Shown here: in pieces, positions 35,065 through 53,100 of the stretch
Position numbering within the stretch: the stretch's first letter is position 1
Layout: each line of letters starts with the position of its first letter
Origin: Macrostomum lignano
Lineage: Eukaryota
Assembly (NCBI GenBank): GCA_002269645.1
Contig: NIVC01001890.1
Coordinates: 35,096-99,095 of the forward strand
Direction of reading: 5' to 3'
Length of the DNA: 64,000 nucleotides
Position numbers and translations under genes: made by a program
The notes under the pieces: model-generated
The model's input: only the letters and a program-made list of their open reading frames with translations
Told to the model about the DNA's origin: nothing
Databases searched by the model: none

Positions 35065-36060
35065 CCAAAATCTCACCCTTCAATAACTGAGCTTGCCGAA
35101 ATCTCATTTCTCAATAACTGAGATTGCAGAAATCTCACCCCTCAATAACTGAGCTTGCCGAAATCCCACCCCTCAATAACTGAGATTGCAGAAATCTCAC
35201 CCCTCAATTTCTGAGATTGCAGAAATCTCACCCCTCAATAACTGAGCTTGCCGAAATCCCACCCCTCAATAACTGAGCTTGCCGAAATCCCACCCCTCAA
35301 TAACTGAGATTGCAGAAATCTCACCCCTCAATTTCTGAGATTGCAGAAATCTCACCCCTCAATAACTGAGCTTGCCGAAATCCCACCCCTCAATAACTGA
35401 GATTGCAGAAATCTCACCCCTCAATTTCTGAGATTGCAGAAATCTCACCCCTCAATAACTGAGCTTGCCGAAATCCCACCCCTCAATAACTGAGATTGCA
35501 GAAATCTCACCCCTCAATAACTGAGATTACTGAAATCTCCCTACTTAATAACTGAGATTAACAAAATCTCACTCCTCAATAACTGAGATGGCTAAAATCT
35601 CACCCCTCAATATCTAAGCTTGCCGATCTCAGCCCTCAATAACTGAGCTTGCCGAAATCCCACCCCTCAATAACTGAGATTGCAGAAATCTCACCCCTCA
35701 ATTTCTGAGATTGCAGAAATCTCACCCCTCAATAACTGAGCTTGCCGAAATCCCACCCCTCAATAACTGAGATTGCAGAAATCTCACCCCTCAATAAATG
35801 AGCTTGCCGAAATCCCACCCCTCAATAGCTGAGATTGCAGAAATCTCACCCCTCAATTTCTGAGATTGCAGAAATCTCACCCCTCAATAACTGAGACTGT
35901 CGAAATCTCACCCCTCAATAACTGAGACTGTCGAAATCTCAGCCCTCAATAACTGAGACTGTCGAAATCTCACCCCTCAATAACTGAGACTGTCGAAATC
36001 TCAGCCCTCAATAACTGAGACTGTCGAAATCTCACCACTCAATAACTTAGATTACCGAAA
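35065..36060. repeat. 31-bp minisatellite (CTCAATAACTGAGMTTGCMGAAATCYCACCC), ~32 copies
   Basis: Direct periodicity. Confidence 0.95.
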
Positions 36061-36208
36061 GTCAAAGATAAAAGGAACACAGTGTATATCACTTTTATCT
36101 ATTTGTTTATCTATTTAATTGTAAGTCTTATCTCTACAGACGGCAATCAATTATAAATTAATTTCTAATTATATAAATCAAAGCCAATCAATCCCTCATT
36201 AATTAGCC

Positions 36209-36281
36209 GCCTCTGTAGCTCAGTGGCTAGTGCACTGGTCTAGTAAACCAGGGGTCGGGAGTTCGATCCTCCCCAGAGGCT
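36209..36281 (+). tRNA. trnT-AGT: tRNA-Thr(AGT)
   Basis: GCCTCTG/CAGAGGC acceptor stem, CTGGT-CTAGTAA-ACCAG anticodon arm, GTTCGATCC T-loop, downstream T-run terminator. Confidence 0.93.
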
Positions 36282-36537
36282 AATTTTTTGTTTTTTAATT
36301 GAAGAATTATTTTTAATACACGCTAGATTAAAAGAAATTTCACGGATCTAATTGCAACTGTCTGAGATAATTATAGGTTTAAATATTACTTTAATTACGG
36401 AGCCATTGTACTATTTTAGTAGTACAAAACGGAAATAGTTTCCACATGCTACCGACCTACTTACTGATGTGAGTAGTATAAAATTCTAGGAAATCCTTTT
36501 GGCAAAACTATTACTTTTGCACAGAAAAAAACGTATT

Positions 36538-36610
36538 TGCCCCCAGGGAGGATCGAACTCCCGACCCCTGGTTTACAAGACCAGTGCTCTAGCCACTGAG
36601 CTATGGAGGC
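36538..36610 (-). tRNA. trnT-TGT: tRNA-Thr(TGT)
   Basis: GCCTCCA/TGGGGGC acceptor stem, CTGGT-CTTGTAA-ACCAG anticodon arm, GTTCGATCC, T-run terminator on the - strand. Confidence 0.93.
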
Positions 36611-37097
36611 ACCTAATGGTTCGAGTAGAATAATCATAATTTATAAGACAAGACAGCCTACTTAATACGTTTATAATCCCATGGGCGCGGAAAAAAAGTC
36701 GGTGTTGAATTACCCTACAGGAATAAAGGGGAGAATTCTCCCCTCCCCCACCGAAATCCCTTAAAAATGGGGGCTAACAAAGGGTCAGAGAGGAGAGGTA
36801 GATCATTCTGAACGTAAATCGACCCACACCTAAGTGCACAAATAAAAAATGACACTAGGAAGTTTATCCCAATACAGAATGTACTGCAAACAATAGATAG
36901 GCCACATTAAAACAAATGTTTTCGTTAGACATAATTGTTTAAAAGGTCTCAGCAATTTTAATGTCAGCGCCATAACCAAACTATATATTTTCGGAACATA
37001 TATATGTAATATATATTTATGACAGAATAAGACGGTGACAAATTATATTTTTTTAATATTTCTTGGCATCGAAATTACAACCAATAGGAATTTAACA

Positions 37098-37440
37098 CCG
37101 GAATCTCACCCCCTGGTAGACTTAGACACCGTGGAATCTCACCCCCCTGGTAGATGTAGACACCGGAATCTCACCCTCAAGGTAGACTTAGACACCGCGG
37201 AATCTCACCCCCCTGGTAGATGTAGACACCGGAATCTCACCCCCTGGTAGACTTAAGACACCGTGGAATCTCACCCCCCTGGTAGATGTAGACACCGTGG
37301 AATCTCACCCCCCTGGTAGATGTAGACACCGGAATCTCACCCCCTGGTAGACTTAGACACCGCGGAATCTCACCCCCTGGTAGATGTAGACACCGGAATC
37401 TCACCCTCAAGGTAGACTTAGACACTGGAATCTCACTACT
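37098..37440. repeat. ~33-36-bp minisatellite (GGAATCTCACCCCCTGGTAGACTTAGACACC)
   Basis: Direct periodicity. Confidence 0.9.
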
Positions 37441-38149
37441 TGGAAGTTCAATCACAAAAAAGTTGAACTTTAATTGCGGATATTATCGAATTAACAAAAC
37501 AGCATAGCCAACCTATTAAAATAGCAAGCTATATATATAAAAGTACAATCGTAATATAAAGAATAGTCAAAAAAGAAATAATCGAATGAGCTCCCCTTAC
37601 AAGATAAGTTCTTGTAGTTTTTATCAATTAAACACTGAAATACTAATAATAAGATCCATAGCATTGTGAATTGTTGCACAAAAAAAATCAATTTAGGTTA
37701 ATTTCCTACTATAAACAACACATTGGAAGACGGAACGAAAGTTTGAAAAAAAATATACTAATTTATAACAAATCGCGTATGTTACAATTATTTGTTTAAG
37801 TAGTAAAAAACAAATAATACTACTTGTGGTCTACCAATTTTTTTCAGTAGCAACAAGAATAAATAAATTTAATGAAAATTGAATTTGACTGCTTAATTAG
37901 GAACAGATTACTCATGCCGTCGGTCCTTACAGAGAGATAAACGCGTAGAGATAACGCAAAAGTACATTAAGTAAAGCCTGGATAGCGAAAGACGGATGAG
38001 GGTTTTTATTAGGCAAGAAAATGTCTATTATGTTTTATTAATCTGATGCAAATTATTTGCGAGTAATGGGGCACAAAGAATCTTGTGAAATTATTGGGGC
38101 GAAGATCCTAGTGGTATTGCTGGGACGAATACCTCATTCAAAAAATCTC

Positions 38150-38510
38150 AGAACAAAGACCCAATGGAAAAATCTAAGGACAAAGACCCCTGAAAAATTC
38201 GCAACAAAGAGCTTGTAAACTTCTTCGGACAAAGACTCTTGGAAAAATGGATGACAAAAAGACTGATTCTAAAAATCTTAGAACAAAGACCCATTGGAAA
38301 AAACTAGGGACAAAGACTCATTGTAAATAACTTGGGACAAAGACTCATTGTAAATATCTAGGGACAAAGACTTATTGAAAAAATCTAGGGACAAAGACTC
38401 ATTGTAAATATCTAGGGACAAAGACTCATTGAAAATTCTAGGGACAAAGACTCATTGTCAATATCTAGGGACAAAGACCCATTGGAAAAATCTACGGACA
38501 AAGACTTAAA
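38150..38510. repeat. ~27-bp degenerate minisatellite (AGGGACAAAGACTCATTGTAAATATCT) downstream of TBC1D15
   Basis: Recurrent ACAAAGAC core. Confidence 0.8.
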
Positions 38511-38610
38511 GCAAGTTTAAGATACACAGAAATATACAAATCACTAAAAATTACACAAGCAGATGAAGATGTTGTGACAAATGTAAGAACAAAGACTTAA
38601 AAACACCAAG

Positions 38611-43720
<5,110 letters not shown>

Positions 43721-44044
43721 GCAAGAAGATAAATTTTGTGACCTTAAAATGATAATATTTATTTCATTTTTAAATATATAATCAGGAGAAATACTAGCAA
43801 ATTTCTATAAGTCTCTAAATTTCAATATCAACATATGATAAAAGTTAATTCTGTTTGTTTCTTACTTTAAGTTTAAGGCTTTTTAAATAAAAGAATTATT
43901 AAAGCTTTTTATATAAGATTTGCAATTCAACTATATTATGTAAATACTTTTAAGCAATATATTTAAATCTAATATTAAAAATATACAAAAAAACATCTAT
44001 TAGAGACAAAATTATAATCTGTACTTATTGATCATTTTGTATTT

Positions 44045-44430
44045 TTATAAAAAAAATAAAATTCTTTTTAGAGAGAGCAAAGAACAATGATAAAAAGAGA
44101 GAGAGAATATTAGAAAGAAAAGAGAAGAAAAAGAAGAATAGAAAGAAAATAGAAAAGATAGGATGGTAGATGAGCTGAGAAAATAGAAGAAAAGAAATAG
44201 AAAAGGAAAAAGAGAAATATGATAAAAGAGAAAAGCTAGGAAAGAGGAAAGAGGACAAAAAGAGAGAAGATAAGATGATAAATGCAAGAAAAAGAAAAAG
44301 AGAGAAATGATATAATAGATAAGATAAGAAAAGAAAGGAGAGAGAAAAGAGAAAAGAAGAAGAACAAAAAGATAGGAAAGATAGGAGATAAAAGGGAAGA
44401 AAAAAGAAGAGAAAAAAAGAGTATATGAGA
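44045..44430. repeat. AG-rich low-complexity tract
   Basis: Purine-rich on the + strand. Confidence 0.8.
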
Positions 44431-44886
44431 TGATAATCATTGGGAGAGATTAAATTTGTATTTAGAGTTAATTTCTGAGTGCTACAACTTATTAACCTAA
44501 ATTAAATTATAGGCTTGAAAATTTTCATTTTCATTGTATTGCAATAGACAAAATGACCAAACTGGTAGATAAATGACTTTTGATAAATATTATTAGACAA
44601 AAAGATGGCAAACAAAATATAGCAGACATAATCATCATCAACTATTTTAAATCCTTTAAATCTAAATTTATATATGAATTTACTCTTATTTAGTTTTAGT
44701 TTTTATTTGGGTACATGTATAACTTAAGACTTATGAATATTATACAAAAATAGTTCTGAAGATTGGAATTTAGTTTGTTCAAGATCCATGGGTTTAAATA
44801 GCTTGTCTTATAATAACTGCAACTAATTTACCAACTTAAACTTGATTACTTGACAAATTTAAACAAAAAAATTTCCAATAACTTTT

Positions 44887-45590
44887 GTAAGTGCTTATCC
44901 CCATGGTCCTATGCCGATAACTCCAATTTTATCCACATGGATCCATGTCAATAATTTCCAGCTTATCCCCACAGCAGCTTATTGAAATAGGTGCCACCAT
45001 TCAAGTCTATATGCTGTGTCAATAATTCCAATTTTATCCACACAGATTCGTGTCAATAATTTTCAGCTTATCCCCACAACTAAGATTGTGCAGTTGCTTG
45101 TGTTTAGTTTTGTGTACTGGCATTAAATCAATATTGTCATTATTATTAGTAATATTATCATTATAATTATATTTTGAATTTTGAATTTTGCAAGTCTCAT
45201 AATTTGCCTTAAACTTTAGGTCATTTGGTTGTTCTAAGCAAAGCCGGCAGCTAAGCAAATATTTAAAATTAACCCTTTTAATGACAAAATAATTTAACAA
45301 AGTACTTGATATTATTCAGTATTTAGTAGATGTATTTTATTTGGAAGATTTGTAAAACAATAAAAACAAGAAGAAGGTTTTTAAACAGATTCATTTTAAT
45401 GTTCTTTATTCCAATAAGCTGCCATGAGGATAAGCTAGAATAAAATTGGAATTATTGACATGGCCTATAGACTTGAATGGTGATAGCTATTTCAATAAGC
45501 TGCCATGGGGATAAGCTGGAAATTATTGACACAGACCTGTGTGGATAAAATTGGAATTATTGGCACGGGACCATGGGGATAACCACTTCC
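44887..45590. mobile_element. MITE (~704 bp) with ~150-bp TIRs made of sub-repeats; probable 9-bp TSD (ATAACTTTT / ATAATTTTT)
   Basis: Left GTAAGTGCTTATCCCCATGGTCC..GTCAATAATTTCCAGCTTATCCCCA..CACCATTCAAGTCTATA is mirrored at 45413-45590. Confidence 0.8.
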
Positions 45591-45850
45591 ATAATTTTTA
45601 TGTCATCATTCATTGCTAGGCCTATCAATATCATTGTAGATTTAGATTTAGATTGTAGATTTAAAAGGCCTAATATCAAATCGGCTATCCTGCATTTTCA
45701 TTCGTTAAATTATTTTTTCACGTGGAATTAATTTTACATGATCTCACGAGTTCAGCACAGGCAATAAAAAATATTATGGGGCATACAGAACACCCGAAAA
45801 GTTAAAGAAAGTTTGTTATAGTCAAGTCAGTTTAAACGTTAGTCTCCGGA

Positions 45851-46378
45851 TTACAGTGGGTAGTAATGGGTCACCCAGTACAGAAAGTTGCCAAAATAAT
45901 GCTCATTTGGGTAGAGCCGGCGCCACAGGAACTCCTGCAGCTGCGACTCGAAGAGCCCATCGCTGGTACCGTGCCCCTGACGCAGCTTGGCCTTGCAGTG
46001 CGCCCAGCTGCCCTCGATTCTGTTGGTATACACTGTCGGGTCCTGTGGGTCCACAAAATTGAGTCGATGGTTGACACTCGCATGGTTGAAGCCCATGGCA
46101 GCAAGGCCGTTGTACGACTGCCATCCGTCAGTGATGACTTGGGAACCGGGCAGGATATACTGCTGCAGAATAGGCAGCAGTGTTTCGGCACGTCGATTCT
46201 CAACCACCACTATCATGCATTTGTTACTGCCACGCTCTACCATTCCAAGCACCCAGTGGCCCTCACGATAGTTGCCGACATGGTACTTGCGGTGGAAGAA
46301 TTTGCTCTCGTCCACCTCCACTTCAATGTTCGGGCCACCAAGCTGCACTGGGTGGTCAATGAGTACCTGGGCACACAC
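45851..46378 (-). mobile_element. Merlin / IS1595 (ISXO2-like) DDE transposase catalytic domain, N-terminally truncated
   Basis: LGGPNIEVEVDES, WVLGMVER, TLLPILQQYILPGSQVITDGWQSY, HASVNHRLNFVDP, TNRIEGSW, FESQLQEFLWRR; the D-D-E triad is intact. Confidence 0.9.
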
Positions 46379-47183
46379 ATCAAATACATGGTTTTCATGG
46401 GCTCATATGCAAAAAATTAAAACTTAAAAATTAATATATTCATCACTAGCTTAGATATACTGTTATAGTGCTAGGCCCTATTCCTATTATATAATTATGC
46501 TAAACTAAAGACAAGACAACGAACTATATTAGCTAATAGTTAAAGACATTAAATTTATTAAATCCAAACAGCTACAAGCTAAAAAAATGTATTATTTTTT
46601 TTCCGCTTAGCTTATATTTGATATAATGCTATAAATAAGCTTGAATGTGGGCAAACTCTGAACCTGGTACTGGTAGCCGTGGTAGACTGGTAGAGTGGTA
46701 GGTAGAAACAAGCCAAGCTGACTCCTGATACTGAGCAGCTGAGTGGTATAAATTGATAACCAAAATAAAACTAGCTTCCACAAACATTGGAAATACAGAA
46801 AAAAACAGAAGTGAAACAAGCAAATTGGAACATGTGAATCAAGACTATGTTTTGATGGTTAAACGTGACAGGATCCGCGTGAAAAACTTTTGACTTTTTG
46901 AAAACGATCGAATAAACATTTTTGAGGCAAAACTGAAGCTACCAAGTGCCTTATTTTGCAGAAATAGGAATAAGTTTGTAAAAAATAATAACGATATCCT
47001 GCATAAAAATATATACTAGAGCAAATTTTGCATTTGTTTGTGTTGATTTGTTTTAATGAGAAAAAGTTATCGTGACATTGATTTTCAAATAGGGTTGTGG
47101 AAATTGAAATTCAATAAAGCAAGGCGAGCAAAAAGAAGCATTAAGCATACTTAATATAAAGACACTCCAAGGCCTATAAAAAT

Positions 47184-50100
47184 ATGAGCACGAATAAAAC
47201 ACTAGCAAATGTTGATGCGTCTAGTCCCATTGATTTTATTTCCACTAAGTGTGATCTAGATGAAAGGATAACTAAGCAAGAACATGATCGGCTGGCTACC
47301 GACGAAGCACAAGAAAAGAAGATTGATCTAGGTATGAACATGGACAGCAAGTGAGTTTTTAATCTATTCCACTATCTCTAAGAATTAAATATTTAGGGTC
47401 GTACTCACATTTAATTACCGTCTACTGGAATTCCCTCTTTTCAGAAAACTATTTGTTGGCGGCCTCAGTTGGGAAACTACTGAAAGTAAGAAACATTTTG
47501 TAATATTGACTAGTTCCATTTGTTAGAAAGCGCTGCAACACATTACCTTACTTGATTTATTTAGATTTGATGAAGGACTACTTCTCCCAGTTTGGTACTG
47601 TCCGAACATGTACAATTAAAATTGACAAAGCCACTGGCCATTCGCGCGGCTTCGGTTTCGTCATATTCGATCGGGAGTCCGACCTCGACGTTGTCTTGGC
47701 GCACCCTGAGCACCGGCTCTGCAACAAACGAATCGATCCTAAACGAGCTAAGCCGAGCCAAGAGCCGGCTAGAAAAGTATTCGTCGGGGGACTTGATCCG
47801 GAATTTCCTGAATCAGATATAAAAAGTTATTTTCGTCAGTTTGGAAAGGTAGTACATGCGGCTGTGAGGTCATATAAAATTTGGCTAGTTTAATTAAACC
47901 AGAGGCACAAAATGAAAGAAAAATTTTGAAGCAATTTTGGCTGATTGTATGCTTGCATGGTTGCCTAGAATTTTTCACTTAATTTGCAGAAAATTTTCTT
48001 TAGTAACCATAATTAATGCACAATTGGTCAAATTGTGATTTGTAAAAGTTTTAAATGTATACAGGAAGTACAAGAAAGGCACATTTTTTTGGAGTTTTAA
48101 TTTTTGCCACCTGGTGAACTCCACTTGGGTTGGCGCCCCTGTCTTTTGGTGGGCACCCCAGTCTCTTGGTGGGCGCCCCGGTCTCTTGGTGGATGCCCCT
48201 GTCTCTTGGTGGGCGCCCCGGTCTCTTGGTGGACGCCCCGGTCTCTTGGTGGACGCCCCTGTCTCTTGGTTGGCGCCCCGATCTCTTGGTTGGCACCCCT
48301 GTCCCTTTGATACGTTGGTGCCCCTTTAACCTTTCCCATTTGTTGGGTTGCACATGTAAATGCCACGTCTAAGAGATGAAAAAATAAATTGAGCTCCTAG
48401 TTCCATTTTAAATGTAAACGTTTTTAAACGAGCACAATGCTTTGTGCGGCCAATAAGCTTTGTACGTCGGGTACGTCAGCGGATGTCGGAATGTTGTACG
48501 GATGGTGAGCGACCTTCTTGGCTCTTCTCTACATACGCTTAGTGGCCATAGACACCAGAGACTGCCAACAATTAGGCTTCGACCGTTCTTTCTAAGCCTA
48601 ATTGATGATACAACATCAAATGCTCCCAAAATTAACTCCCATCGCGCAACCCGCAGATTCTGGCCATCGATCTGCCATTCGACTTCAGCCACAATCGTCG
48701 CAAAGCATTCATCTTTGTAACCTACGCTGCTGATTCCGACGCTCGGAAAGCTGCACAGAATGAGAAACAAAAAGTTGGCGGGAAATGGGTGAGCATCGTC
48801 TGTAAAAAATCAAATATTCAATTCGGATTAACAAAGAAAAGATCAGATCCGATTGCTGATCTAAGAATCCATATTCGATTCAGTAAGTCTTTCATTAACT
48901 CATGCTCATATATACATATAGCCAACAATTCTAAATTAATCTGTGTCTCAATCGCAAATACTTAATCCCAGTGAGAGAGACATCATCTATTGCCCATAGC
49001 TAAGCTATATTGAGATCTCGGGAGCGCATCGCAAGATGGCCTAATCATTTAATCCATCCATGAGGATGCCATGCAGCCTGTGCACTTCATATGCGGCTGT
49101 AGATTTGCCTCAATGAGTTCATACTTGAGTATAATAACCGATCGCGGAACTGCATGGCCATCCAAACTAGAAAATCTTCTGTCAGTCGCTTATATACTCA
49201 TCATCCATTCCTTTCTTTGCAGCAATAGAAAGCGCTGTAGATGCTTTTAATAAGCGATTCAATCAGGAAAACACTTCCGGATAACATTGATCCTTGACGT
49301 TGGTAGACTTTTTTCTTCATTTTTTAAAAGTTTTTTCTTGGATGGCATTGAAGATTAGTGAAGGCTGATTGCACTGAAGGCCAGCTACCTTGGCCAGGAT
49401 TGCAGATGAATAGGGGCAGCGCCAGCACCAGGGGCCCCAAGCACCAGGGGCGCCAAGCACCAGGGGCGCCAAGCACCAGGGGCGCCAAGCACCAGGGGCG
49501 CCAAGCACCAGGGGCGCCAAGCACCAGGGGCGCCAAGCACCAGGGGCGCCAAGCACCAGGGGCGCCAAGCACCAGGGGCGCCAAGCACCAGGGGCGCCAA
49601 GCACCAGGGGCGCCAAGCACCAGGGGCGCCAAGCACCAGGGGCGCCAAGCACCAGGGGCGCCAAGCACCAGGGGCGCCAAGCACCAGGGGCGCCAAGCAC
49701 CAGGGGCGCCAAGCACCAGGGGCGCCAAGCACCAGGGGCGCCAAGCACCAGGGGCGCCAAGCACCAGGGGCGCCAAGCACCAGGGGCGCCAAGCACCAGG
49801 GGCGCCAAGCACCAGGGGCGCCAAGCACCAGGGGCGCCAAGCACCAGGGGCGCCAAGCACCAGGGGCGCCAAGCACCAGGGGCGCCAAGCACCAGGGGCG
49901 CCAAGCACCAGGGGCGCCAAGCACCAGGGGCGCCAAGCACCAGGGGCGCCAAGCACCAGGGGCGCCAAGCACCAGGGGCGCCAAGCACCAGGGGCGCCAA
50001 GCACCAGGGGCGCCAAGCACCAGGGGCGCCAAGCACCAGGGGCGCCAAGCACCAGGGGCGCCAAGCACCAGGGGCGCCAAGCACCAGGGGCGCCAAGCAC

Positions 50101-53100
50101 CAGGGGCGCCAAGCACCAGGGGCGCCAAGCACCAGGGGCGCCAAGCACCAGGGGCGCCAAGCACTAGGGGCGCCAAGCACCAGGGGCGCCAGCACTAAAG
50201 TTGTTAGGGGAGACTGCTAGTCTATATAACAAAATCTGTAAATGTTCTTTTAATTATATTTAGTTCAAACAAAACTGACTACAAATATTTTGAAATTACA
50301 GGTTCAATCTATTATTGATGGAAGTACTGGTACCTGATTAATCGACAGTACTAGAGTCAAAGACACAAAGAGACACGCACAATTGCCAAAAAATAAAGTA
50401 GAGGCATTGCTATACGTAAATAAGTAGCAAAAGAAGACAAGAAATGCCTTACAATTTCATCTTCAGCTTCGAGATAGCTTTTAGAAGCAAGCAAGCAATG
50501 TCCAGATATGCTGGTATATGCAGCCGTCCCTGTTAAGCTAACAAGTTTACACATTACTGCAAACTAGATAACTTGTACGTATAAATGTATCTAATTTTGG
50601 TTTCTGGCCATCGAATACTGCAGCTCGTACAGTGTATATGGCTTTTAGATTCTCAACTCTTAGATCCTTTCTTGACTCCACTCTATCTCTCACTCAATTC
50701 CATCCTCTAAATGTAACCGTCTCCGCCCATTGCGTGCTAAAGCCATTAAGGTAATGAGCCAGCAGCTATGCGGAGAGCTCAAGGGTTAGTTCCGCGTATC
50801 TCCAGCTCGTAGCCAAATGCATGAGGGACGGAGCTTTTAGCGCTCAACTTTGTACAGACTCTGCCCCATGGAATAACGCAGACAAGGCTCCGAAGTGTCA
50901 CCGCCAATAATTGTGACACCGAGTACTGATAAGCTTACTTTGATTAACTTTTTTATATGTTTGATAGGTTTCTCTATAATCTCTTATCTTTGCTAAGCGT
51001 TCACTTTAACTTTTGACTTTCAGATTTATACTGTCTATCTTACGTGTCTGTTTTTGTGTTTATTGCTATTTTACTAAACCGACTGATTGTGAACTAGGCA
51101 ACTGAGGATCTGGGAGGCTGGCCCAGGAACTGGAGATCTGGGAGGCTGGCCCAGCAACTGAGGATCTGGGAGGCTGACCCAGGAACTGGAGATCTGGGAG
51201 GCTGACCCAGGAACTGGAGATCTGGGAGGCTGGCCCAGCAACTGAAAATCTGGGAGGCTGGCCCAGCAACTGAGAATCTGGGAGGCTGACCCAGCAACTG
51301 AGGATCTGGGAGGCTGATGGCCCCGCAACTGAGGATCACACGAGGCACGCACAAAAACTCCACCTAACTACACATTAATGCTCCACCCATCAATGGCACC
51401 CGCAGTGCGACGTGAGAATAGTGCAGCCAAAGCCTCGACATCCGCAGCCACAGCAACAACAGTCTATGGCCAATCCTGCCGCCTCAGCCGCCGCCGCAAT
51501 CTCTTTGGTTGGCTACCGTGACTGTGCAAACTATACAGACGATGCTGCATCTGGATTCTACAATCAGTATCAACCACAGCAATGCCGCAGCCATTTGAAT
51601 TTGTACCATCAACAGCAGCAACAAATTGCAAACTTAGATTACCAATCTAGCAGCGAAATTCGATACGAAAATGAGCCGTATAGTTATTATCAATCATGGT
51701 CTGGACAGTCGTTTCAATCAGCGGATTATGTCGGATTTTATGCCGGTTGGAATGGAGGTGAGATAGGGAAGCAGGGTGAAGCGGAGATAAAGCAGAGAGG
51801 AAGTGAAGAGGAAGCGGAGGGGAAGCGGAGAGGAAGCAGAGGAGAAGCGGAGGGGAAGTGAAGGGGAAGCGGATGGGGAAGCGGAGGGGAAGTGGGGGGA
51901 GTGGAGGGGAAGCAGAGGGGAAGCGGAGGGGAAGCGTAGGGGGGGGGAAGTGGAGGGGAAGCGGAGATAAAGCAGAGAGGAAGTGGAGGGGAAGCAGAGG
52001 GGAAGCGGAGGGGAAGCGGAGGGGAAGCGGAGGGAAAGCAGAGGGGAAGCGGAGGGGAAGAGAAGGGGAAGCGGAGGGGAGGCGGAGGGGAAGCAGAGGG
52101 GAGGCGGAGGGGAAGCGGAGGGGAAGAGAAGGGGAAGCGGAGGGGAGGCGGAGGGGAAGCAGAGGGGAAGCGGAGGGGAAGCGGAGTTGACAGATTGGCG
52201 CAATGTAAAAAGTACATTGCGAAATTGTGAGCCTGCCTGAGTAGGCTTGAAAGTGAAATGAAAATAGCTTCAGTGTAATTTTAATTAGTTAATTTATCAC
52301 AAAACAGGCCAACCTAATCCCTAATGGCATTAGCCATCTTGTCTCATCCAGAATCTCGTGTTTTTACTTTCTCAAAAATGCACACGGACGAGTTCCATGT
52401 GACACTATCGAATCGGTGACGGTAATAAGGCAATACTGGGCGCGATGGTTGGCATTGATTTTTGTTGCTAGCTATAGCCCTTAGGGGAGATGGAGAGGCC
52501 GTGGGGGGCTTCACAGCGGGAGATGAAGCTAGTGGGGAAGGTGAATACGTGAAGCTGGGACAAGATGAAGTCAGGGAGATTTTACCAAAAAAGAATGATG
52601 ACAAAAGTCGGATCTGTCTGCGGATCGAACTTCTTGTTAACAATTCGAGCCAGGTATGAATGGGAATTATTAATTTCTATGGGATCTTGGTTCCAATCTG
52701 GCATGACTTTTCGGCATCAGCTGAAAAGCATGTGTTTGAAGTAGCCATTGATTAGCTTTACTGTGTCTTCACTGTGTTTCAACTGTCTTTACTGTGTCTT
52801 TACTATGCCTTTACTGTGTCTTTTCTGTGTCTTCACTGTGTCTTCACTGTGTCTTTTCTGTGTCTTCACTGTGTCTTTTCTGTGTCTTCACTGTGTCTTT
52901 TCTGTGTCTTCACTGTGTCTTTTCTGTGTCTTCACTGTGTCTTTTCTGTGTCTTCACTGTGTCTTCACTGTGTCTTCACTGTGTCTTTTCTGTGTCTTCA
53001 CTGTGTCTTTTCTGTGTCTTCACTGTGTCTTTTCTGTGTCTTCACTGTGTCTTTTCTGTGTCTTCACTGTGTCTTTTCTGTGTCTTCACTGTGTCTTTCC

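Noticed and set aside
49317-50195. 260-290-aa ORFs in several frames (LAPLVLGAPGAWRPWC repeats)
   Set aside because: Translation of a perfect 17-bp intronic array; open in multiple frames on both strands.
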